64,000 bases of DNA from Hyaloraphidium curvatum SAG 235-1. Its lineage: Eukaryota; Fungi; Monoblepharomycota. How positions within the stretch are numbered: position 1 is the stretch's first letter; each line of letters begins with the position of its first letter. Made by a program: the position numbers and the translations under genes. The notes beneath the pieces are model-generated. The model did not search any database. It was not told the DNA's origin and was given only the letters and a program-made list of their open reading frames with translations. Location: assembly GCA_025558095.1 (NCBI GenBank), contig JAIVFI010000014.1, positions 248,001-312,000 on the forward strand, given 5' to 3'. Below, piece by piece: positions 1 through 8,989 of the stretch.

Positions 1-3000
1 AAGTTCACGGCGGAGCCCTTGACCCCGGCGCGGAGGCAGGAGTACCTCGACGCTACGCGCAATGGACACCTCGCGCAGGCCATGCTGGGCGTGCTGTCGG
101 CGATGGAGGCGGCTGCCGGGCTCGGGGGCAACGAGTTTATGTCGCGCGTCGAGGCGGTTTATCGCACGACTACGATCGGGGGTTTGGAGCCGCGGCACGG
201 GAACCCGGCCGACGCCAATGGCCGCTGGGTCTACGGGGACCTGTCCGAGATCGTGGACCCGCGGCTGCCGACGACCGAGATCTGCGCCAACTGCCCCAAG
301 GGCGACGTGGTACTGGGCTCCCGCCGCTACTTCCTTAACGAGACCAACAGGATCCTCTTTACCGCCCTGGACACCACCGCTTTGGACCGGCTTCGAGGTC
401 TGCTGGCCGAGACGAAGGTAGGCTCTCCTACGCCATGCACGCGCGCATGTCTGATTCGCGCACGGCGGTGTCGCAGGACGAGGCGACAAGGACGGCCATC
501 GGCAATGACATCGCCGTCATCGAGTTCGAGCTGCAGAAGCTGCACGCCCGCGACACGCAGCCCGCCGACTTCGACGATGCGCACTGGCCCAAGGCGATCC
601 GCGCACGCGCTCGCGTGATGGGCAACCTGGTCTTCACGGATGCCAGCAAAGTGTGCCCCCTCCTATTCGTGGGCATCGCGCGCACGCTGCCTCGGATGCG
701 TTTCCTGACAGCCCTTTTCCGCCCAGATCGACGGCGACGGTGATTGTTGCTGTTGCGACAGCATGTCGAAGATGATGGGAGGTGGCGACTGGGACGCCGA
801 CGTTGCGAGGCGCGCTCTGCTCCTTCACCGCCGGATCCAGCTGGAGCACCTCCGGCTGGAATTCGCAGCCTTCCGCCCGACCTTGGTCATCGGCCTGGGG
901 TCGAACATGGCCCGCATGCTGTGCTCCACGAGCGGAAGCCCCCACCTCCCCAAGCGCGCGCTGCCGTTCGCCACCGGCGGCATCCTCAACGTCGAGGTCG
1001 GCGTGGGCGGCTCCGATCTCGCGACCGCCTTCCAGCTCGCGGTCGCCCCGCACCCCGTGGCGTGCGCACTGCTGCCCTCCCATCTGGCCGACTCGGTCAC
1101 CGCCCTCTGCCTCCTCCCGAACCCTGCCAAGGCGGACGCCGGCGCGGTGTTCGACCCGTCGTCGTACTCAGCGGCGGCGGCACTCAACGCGGCATCGCAG
1201 CTCGCAGCGCACACCATCTTTCCGCAGGTCTTTGCGTTCTGGCCCGAGCGGGGCACCGAGGGCGTCACCCACCTCGAGTCGCTCCCCGCGGCTCACCAGC
1301 CGATACCTGAGTCCTTTATTCCGAGCTGGCTCATTTCGACATGCGCAAACATCTTCACCTCGCGGTTCAAGGAGAAGTTCAAGGACCGTTTCCAGGCCTA
1401 CCTCGAGATCTTTGCCGCAAATGGCCTCGGCGACCTCGCTTTCGGCAAGTCCCGTTCGCACCTGGACTCGGCCACCCGCGCGCGGATCGGGCAAGGCGCG
1501 CCCGCACCGCCGGCAGGCCTCCTGGGCGCGCTGGCCTACCGGGCGCGGTGTCTGCTGGTCCCGCGGTCCGGTCAGGCGGCGTCTGCTGCGGTCGCCGAGG
1601 ATGGGGATGAGGTTGCCGTGCTGCTCGAGGACGACGGGCAGGATGCGGTGGCGCTGACGCCGCGAGAGAGCGTGTCCGCCATCTATGGCCTGAAGCCGCA
1701 GGTTGCGGATATCGTCAAGGATCTGGATGGCCTCGGGCGGCATTTCTTGGACCGTTCGTCGGAGAGGACGCGCCCCAGCACCCAGTCCCTCCTGGATGCC
1801 GCGCGCGACCTTCTCTTTGGAGCTGCGGCCGGCGCCGCGCGCCTCCGTCCGATCGCCGACATCCGCCGCGACGTCGGGCTCGGCGAGGTTGCGTTGACGG
1901 ACTTGAAGCTGGACGATAAGCTTGGCTTTGTCCGGAGCGCCGTCGTGGCCGGGGACCTGAACCAGCGGCTCACGCCGAGGCTCCACGCGGGGGATCGCTT
2001 GTCGAGCCTGGACAAAGCCGTATTTGGGAAGTGGCTCACCGCCTACATCGGCTTCCTGCTGCGCCAGGGCGAAGGCGGGAAGGACGAGTTCGGTGCTCCC
2101 GTGTCGTTCGGCCTGGCGGACTCCCTGGACCACTGCAGGATCCCTGGGGCGGCCCGCCGTGGAGTTCTGGCCAAAGTCAAGGAGTGCCTCCGGGACCAGG
2201 ATCCCGGCGTGAATCTCATAGGAGGGGACGTGTCCACCCTCCTCCGCAACTACGCCTTGCCAGGCGCCGCGGCGCTCGGCGCCGGCTCCCCCCGAGATCG
2301 ACTTCATCGTGAATCGAGCAACTACATCGCGTCGAACGGTGTCGCCACCAGGGTGCTCTTTGAGCACCCGCATCATACCAAGGGCTTCAACCGGCTGGGT
2401 GGAGCGCGCAGTGCGGCCAAGGTAATCGCATGCTCGCAGCCAAGTTGACGGTCCGCTGACGGTCGCACCACCTTCCTCGCAGCCGGGTCAGGGTGATCTG
2501 CCTCAAGATGCCAAGTGGGTGACTGGTTGCGTCGGGTGCCCAAGAGGAAGGGGCTGCGATCGCCAGTATCCGAGCTGCAGGTGAGCTTTGCCCCTGTCAA
2601 TTGGTGCCCATTTCCTCCTATCCCTAACTGTCTGCTCACCCGTAGCGCCTGCACCAAAGTGAATCGACAGTGCTTCTACGAGATGCCGGTGTGCGAGTGC
2701 TGCGACAAGGCGCGTCGCGTCTGCGACGGCAGAATGCCCTCGTGCGGGTAGGTTCCCGTCTTGGACACCTCCTCGCACCTCGCGCTGACTGATACGCTTT
2801 CAAACATCAGGCAGTGCACGTATGCAGGGGACACCTGCTCGTGGGACCTTTTGACTGCCCAAGGAAGGCGGAAGGCCGGCGACGCCGAGGACTTTGCCTG
2901 GATCTCCCACGCGCACCACCGCACCATCCCCGAGCTCGCCGGCTGGCATGTTCCCGGCGCCGGCGCCTCGTCGACGCACGCCTTCATGCGTGGCGTGGTG

Positions 3001-4136
3001 CTCGAGGGCGAACTCTGCACCAGCTCGGATCCCGGCCCCCGGAACGGCATCTACTTCCAAAAGATGAAGCAGGGCGACAAGGACGTCGTCTACTACTTCG
3101 ACCACAAGCCAAGCGTCGAGACGGCCACCGACGTCGCGTGCAACATCGTGGCCGCCTCGGTTGACCCGGGTGAGAAGGGCGACACCATTTCGGTCACCGC
3201 CTTTGTCCAAGGGAAGGACGGCAAGCTGGAGGAGCTTACGCTCGACCGCTTGTTCCGGCCGCTGTCGTCGAAGGGTTACAGGGCGAAGGACGAGGCGGCG
3301 CGGCCCGACGAGTGGTGGACGGAGCACCAGGACCTGTCGACGCTGATGGCTGAGGTGTCGAAGTCGCCGTACCCCGTCGACGGCATGCTCGCAGGTGGGC
3401 ATTGACGAAGCTGCTCTGGCTCGTGGTCGCTCACCCGCTCCTATATTCGCCGATCCGCCTCGCAGCGTCTGCGTTCCTCAACCACGCCGGCCCGCTCCTC
3501 GACCACGCGCAGAGCCACCACTCCCAGCTCGCCAAGGAGTACCGCTTCCGCGAGAAGCAGGCCCGCCAGGCGGCCATGAAGAACTGGATCCTCGCGGCCG
3601 GGGAAGCGGTGTGGCGCCAAAAGGTCTACCTGGAGGCCTTCAACGCCCACGTGGAGAAGGAGCGGCCGAAGCTCGGCGAGCCGCCGCCTGACCGCGACCA
3701 CGCGCGCAAGATCGAGGAGGGTGCGCACGCGGCGGGCAGGGACGCGGTGGCGGCGATCGAACGGATCCCCAACCCCATCGTCCTGTGCGGTGCCGGCCAG
3801 GGCTCGGGCTCCCGCATGCCGTACGTCGGCAGCATCGCCGAGTTCCTCTCCCGCCACTTCCTCGTCTTCCTGCTGGGCGAGTACTTCACCTCCCAGCTGT
3901 GCCCGACGTGCCTCGCCAAGCTCGAGCCCAACCCGCTCCAGCGCGGCGACGTCGTGCACAAGCGCTGTGCGACCTGCAAGCGCAACCCCGACCGCGACGG
4001 CTTCGACGGCGAGCTGGTTCTCAACAAGAACCGCTCCGCCACCCTCTGCCTCGTCAGGATCTTTCTTCACATCGTCGCCACTGGCGACCGGCCCGCAGTC
4101 TTCACCCACCGGGCCGCCTCCCGCAACGCCGGATAA
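1..4136 (+). CDS. Large spliced Fanzor/TnpB-like RuvC protein with UDG-like N-terminal region and two Zn(II)2Cys6 clusters (5'-partial, >1246 aa)
   Basis: Exons <1-417, 477-650, 727-2421, 2483-2580, 2646-2747, 2811-3394, 3466-4136. All six GT-AG introns (59-76 nt) keep the frame; total 3741 nt. Motifs: YIASNGVATRVLF (TDG-like, ~2330), RuvC-I SVDPG (D at 3163), bridge-helix-like YRFREKQARQAA, RuvC-II GEYFTSQLCPTC (E at 3879), CATC zinc ribbon, RuvC-III position NKNRSA (4023-4040), C-terminal GDRPAVF. Confidence 0.8.
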
Positions 4137-4305
4137 ACCTACCCGGCACTTATCTGAATGAGTGAGTCTCGCGCCCGTCGATGGGGTATCAGGGTGTTGC
4201 GAGCTTTTGATGGGGGCAGTTAACTGACGGAAAGGCCCCCCTCCCCCGCAATTATCTCTCCAGCATACACGTCGAGCAGTAGTGAGCGCGAGATCGAGAT
4301 AACCG
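4125..4305 (+). ncRNA. Candidate Fanzor omega-RNA scaffold region
   Basis: Immediately 3' of and overlapping the stop codon. Stems: GCCGG..CCGGC across the stop, GGGGGC(4212-4217)/GCCCCC(4235-4240) enclosing palindrome CAGTTAACTG, and TTATCTC/GAGATAA (~4252/~4296). Position matches known Fanzor/TnpB omega-RNAs; expression not shown. Confidence 0.35.
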
Positions 4306-4348
4306 GCACCGGAGCGGACGGGCGAGTGACATCGGAAAACCCGGACAA

Positions 4349-4480
4349 AACATTCCCGACATTTTCGACATTCTAAATGTTCCGAATGTCGCGAATGCTA
4401 AAAGTAACATGTCTACATTCGAATGCATTCAAATGTCGCAACAGGGAAATTTGAATGCCGCGGAATGACCGGGAATGCAG
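4349..4480. repeat. Array of about 14 CATTC/GAATG-type short repeats (left array)
   Basis: cattcccgacattttcgacattctaaatgttccgaatgtcgcgaatgcta...; units in both orientations about every 9-10 bp; AT-richer than the flanks. Confidence 0.8.
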
Positions 4481-5779
4481 CTCTTCCACAGCAGCTTTCC
4501 GGCCACGGATAGGCTCGTATCGAGTACAGCGAGGCAACTGCGTGTATTGTGCATCCTTCTACGCTACATCAGGATCTTCCGACGCCGTCCAGGTGCCGCC
4601 CAGGTGGAGGTGGAAGGTTGAGTTGTCGCAAATTGCCCGGAGCGTGGTGTCGAATTGAAGTCCCGCGCGGTTGCTGGACGGGAGGTGGGAGAAAGTCGAC
4701 ATCGGCGAAGTCTGGCAGGTGCGACAGAGCGGTACTCGCAAGTGCACTTGGGAGGTGGCGTTCGGCTGGGAGGGGAAGAGTGAGCACAGTCCGAAGGAAA
4801 GACAGCAGCGCGACTCACTTGGAGAACCACGCAAGCTGCGAACGAAGTCACGAGAACGCTGGAAAGAAGTACAAGCTCACCTAGAGTAGTAGGCCACGTT
4901 GTCGAACTCCCGGAATCTGGAGCGGAGGAGAGGAGGAAGGTGAGGGTAGCGTGAGCAGGAGTCAACCAAAGCACGCGCGTGAGGCGGACCGGGCTAGCGA
5001 CATTAGCACCGACTGCAGTCCATGTAGAAAAGTGCCGGTATTGCTGGGCTTGACGGCCGAGGGGCAACGGAGTCGTCTGGAGAGAGAACGCCGTGAGCGA
5101 CCCGCCGAAGGAGACCGCCCCGCAACTCGGAAACCCACCGTGCGCGCCGCCCGAAACCGCGGGACGCTGCAGGAGATGTCATGAAAAAGGCGGAGCCGTT
5201 GTCGACTGCGGCGCTCTCGTGGCAGTAAGGTGTCCGCGGTGTCTGAATTCGAAGTGTTTTTGAGAAGCGGAGCTTTCCCGACTTCCTTCTGACACGTGCG
5301 TTGACGATCCGAAGCAAAGACGAGACCAGACTGGAGCTCAAGTGTGCGGAACTGAAGCAATGAATATCATTCAGTCTCACATTTCGCTTCGGCTCGCCTC
5401 CCCGTCGCCCAGACTGAGTGCCCGTAATCGCGCTCCCGCCAACACCTGGTCGCTCAGAACCGCGTCGCTTCGGTGTGCAGAATGCTCATCGACTATGCCT
5501 CGGCTTTGTGCTGTCTCAAACAGGGAGCTTTGTGCAGCAGCGGTTCCAGTCTCCCGCCGAAGTTGCCCGCCGTTCGTTCGGGAGTCAGCCCCCCAATCAG
5601 ACACGATTACAACTTCAGTCCAAGCACGCGGCGCGCGGGACAGGGTCCCATAGTCGTCCCTGAGCTGCAGTTCTTACTGCCTGATTCGGTGGCGCGATTC
5701 GAGGCCCGCAGTTCGGCGCCATCGGTCGACCCCATGAACGAGTTGCCCTGACTTCAGCGCACCGCCTGCGCAACGGGGA

Positions 5780-5920
5780 GCATTCGTCAACATTCAGCGC
5801 CTCCGAATGTTCTATAGAGAGCATTTAAATGTCGAGAATGCTCGGAATGTTTCGTGTACATTCGAAATGCTTCGGGAATGTCGCGAATGATTCCGAATGC
5901 TATCGGGGGGGTTTTCCGGG
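5780..5920. repeat. Array of about 12 CATTC/GAATG-type short repeats (right array)
   Basis: ...gagaatgctcggaatgtttcgtgtacattcgaaatgcttcgggaatgtcgcgaatgattccgaatgcta. Shares GAATGTCGCGAATG with the left array; CGGAAAACCC (4333-4342) is inverted as GGGTTTTCCG (5909-5918). Confidence 0.8.
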
Positions 5921-5969
5921 CCCTGTACCCATAGGCCGAGTGACAAACTTTGAATAATTTCCGGGGGGT

Positions 5970-5990
5970 CCGGGGGGCGGAGCCCCCCGG
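5970..5990. other. Perfect GC hairpin CCGGGGGGC-GGA-GCCCCCCGG
   Basis: 9-bp stem with a C-GNA-G triloop, preceded by a second CCGGGGGG copy at 5961-5968. Confidence 0.85.
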
Positions 5991-7239
5991 GAATCTTCAT
6001 TTTGAGCTATGTTTCGAGCGTTGACGACTTTGATTTATCGCCGCGGTGCGTGGGGGAGGTGCACGGCGCATAGATGTCTCGGGCGGCAGCCGCTGCAATA
6101 GACCGTCACGGGCACCCATTCACCATCCGGCAGAGCCAGAACCGGGTAGAGACGATGCGTGGCGGGCGCAGTTGACCCCACAGCTTGCCTGCGGCGCTCG
6201 GAGCCGAAATCACAATGTGTTTCGCGATCGTTCTTGCGAATGCTGCCCCGAATGTAGGCAGCATACTCGTTTGTTGCCCGATCGTCCGCCCCACGGATTC
6301 AGAGGAAGCTTCGTTGGGTTTACATCCTTTTGTGGAGGCATTGGAGGCCGCTTGGCCGGATCCAGGCAGCATCGAAGTTCCCCGCCAAAATCCTCCACAG
6401 TGGTCCTTCCGAGCCGGTTGGCCATCACACGACCGCGCAGAATCAAGCGTAAGCGAAGCTGTTTACGAAATGCAGCGACAAGGGAAGCGTCGCGCTCGCA
6501 ACCCCACCTGAAGTCGGGCCGATGGGCCCCGTGATGCCGGCATCGACCCATGCTCGCGAGCACTTCGTATGGGAAGTTCCTGGAAGCAAGAAGCAGCGCC
6601 CGACGAGCAAGAGAATGGGGACAAGCGCGCCCGCAATGTCTGGTCGACAGGTGCTCGATCGGCTGACCGCCCACGCTGGTACGACGACGCGAGGTGCCCG
6701 CCCTCGTACAAAACACGACGATGATTGACGATAGCGTTGCCAATCCAACTTTCAAGGCCTTTCCTGGCGAAACCGACGGGTTCGGCGCGCCCGTTCGTCA
6801 ACGGGATCCCTCCTCGTCCAGTCCAGCACGAAGTCTTCTGGAAAGCCGACACGCCGTTCAGCGGCAGCCCATAGACCACCAAAAGCGCTCGTCGCGTTGG
6901 AGCCCCCAATCTCCTCAATTGAGAGCGGTGTGCCGACGTCCCGATGACCCGTCCGACGGGAGGCTCTTCGGCGCGCTCCTGCAGGGTCGAAACACCTCCG
7001 CTCGCCCTGACCGCCGGCCCAGCAACTCTTCCGAGTTCTATGGCGAGCTTAGCGGCCGCCAATCGGGGGCACAGGCCCAATAGCGGCGTGGGGAAGGTGT
7101 GTCGTCGTGACCCGTTTGGCGGTGGGCGCCTATGTCGTCCCGCGAAGCCTATGTCGTCGTGACCCCCTAAGGCCGATCGGCCTATGAGGACTGCAATTCT
7201 GGCTCGCTTGCCCTCTCGTGGCCCGTCAATCTCGCGGCG

Positions 7240-8823
7240 ATGCCCCGCCCCGTGAAGGCGCCTGAGCCCAAAGGTAAGGCGCCGGCTTCCGCGGGTGCCG
7301 GTGTTGCGGACGGGCCCGTTGAGAAGGCGGCACCGCCGAAGCCGGCCGCCAAGAAGAGCAAAGAGAAGGAGAAAGCGGCACCGCCGCCGCCGCCAGTCCC
7401 GTACGAGGAACATTCCCGCATTGTTGCCGAGCATGTCGCAAAGCTGGCGGAAGTTGAAGCGGCTTTGGCGGGACTTCGGGATTCTGTTGAACGGCACGCC
7501 GCGGACTCCGGTTCCCGGGAGCAACAGCTCCGGGAAACCCTTGCAGAACGGGAGGAAGTCATTTGCCACTTGGAAAAGAAGGTGCAGGACCAGGGAGATA
7601 GGATCGCGTGCCTGAAGGACGATATGGTTCGGGTGCACAGTGAAGCCTCGAACACGGTTGAAGCCGAGCGTACGAAGCTGCGGTATGAGGAGCGCCGGAT
7701 CTCGGACCGCGTTGCAAGCATCGAAGCTGAGAAGCAAACGATGCAGAGCAAGCTTGACGAACTCGAGGAGTTCCGGCTCAGAAAGGTGGAACTGGAGGAA
7801 GATCTCGCCCGATTGCAGGCCGAGCTGGCAACCAAAACCAAGGAGCACAAGGAGGCCATTCGAGACCTCGAGGTGAAAAGCTTGAGAGACAAGGTGACTT
7901 TGAGCGTGCGCTGCTCGGACATGTTGTGATTTGATGCGTCCGACTCTGCAGGCTTTCGTGAAGAAGCAGGCCATGGACATGGTCAGCGACGCAATAGCGG
8001 CTTTCAAAGACGTCGCCGAAAAGCAACTCTCGGAGTCGACCAAGCATGCCATGCGCGAGGTCAGTCTTCTCGCACCGTAACGGCCGAGTTCCTGCTAACA
8101 ACGCCCCTTACGCAGAACCAAATGATGGACTCGCAGATCCGGCTCCTGTCTTCAAAGCTCGCCAAAATGGTCCCGGTAAACACTTCACTCAAAGCGAGGA
8201 TTCGTGACCTCAAAACGGAGCTGTCACTCGCCGCGGAGAGGGAAAAGATCCTGCTTGGGCGGCAGAAGAAGCGGGACGAGCTGATAAAGGTCCTCGCCGA
8301 GAAGCTTCGAGAGTGCGATTCGCTGCTGCTGAAGATGCTGGATGAGGTCGAGAAGGCTGCGGCCGAGGGTGCTGCGGCCGGGCTGGCCCGTCGGCGGGAC
8401 TTTACCGGCCGGCGAGGTTCCCTCGGCCTGCCGATCGGGGAGACGATTACGATTGCCGTTCCGCACGGGACCAGCCAGGACGGCAAGGCAGCTGCCTTGC
8501 CCCCGCTGCCCGTCGCCGGGGCTGTTGCCGAGAGCACTGCGTACGGTTCCTCCGTGTCGACCCAGCGCGACGCATTGTCGCGGACGCTGGCGACGGTGTT
8601 GACTTTTGCTTCGGACGAAGCCCCCCTACCTCCGCCTACCTCGGCGTTCGGAATGGGAACCGTAACCGAAGAGCAGGACGAAGAAGACCCCGAACTCTGG
8701 GCGGGAGCGGCGTTCGAGGGGCGAACAAAGCGTGAGATGTCGTTGACAGTCGTTGAGGCACTGGCTGGTCAGTTCAGAGAGAAGCTCGAAAAGCTGACCG
8801 GCGGCGCGCAGAGCGTCGGGTAG
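7240..8823 (+). CDS. CFAP157: Cilia- and flagella-associated protein 157-like coiled-coil protein
   Basis: 3 exons (introns ~7894-7951 and ~8059-8115). LEEFRLRKVELEE...HKEAIRDLEVKSLRDK...AFKDVAEKQLSESTKHAMREN matches the CFAP157 pattern as I recall it. Confidence 0.7.
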
Positions 8824-8989
8824 AAGTAGCATGGAGAGTAGAAGAAGGTGTAATCGGTATCGTAGCCCGTACCGGGGCAACTGCCTTGACAAAGAGCCCT
8901 CCCAAGACGTCCACCAGATCTCAACATCTACGCATTCCCAAGATTCCCCGGTATCTTCGCTGCCTCCAGAGACAGCGAATCCTTTTTGC

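Larger units (their letters stand above)
4326..5995. mobile_element. Probable DNA-transposon end region or non-autonomous element with subterminal repeat arrays
   Basis: Two motif arrays bracketed by a 10-bp inverted repeat, a CCCTG end at 5921-5925 and a perfect hairpin at 5970-5990. No transposase or target-site duplication identified. Confidence 0.4.

Noticed and set aside
3395-3465. Apparent frameshift or pseudogenisation between ORFs 2761-3405 and 3402-4136
   Set aside because: A 71-nt GT-AG intron restores the frame exactly.
4349-4480. CRISPR-like array next to an RNA-guided nuclease homologue
   Set aside because: Units are ~5-10 bp, in mixed orientation and without unique spacers; not a CRISPR structure.
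4480-5780. Short ORFs between the two repeat arrays
   Set aside because: No recognisable motifs or convincing exon chain; a small spliced gene cannot be excluded.
6046-7083. ORFs 6185-6511 and 6694-7083
   Set aside because: No family similarity or clear codon bias; left unannotated.
6463-8052. 529-aa minus-strand ORF and similar long antisense ORFs (e.g. 1168-2376, 57379-58872)
   Set aside because: Shadow frames of real genes, expected in high-GC sequence.
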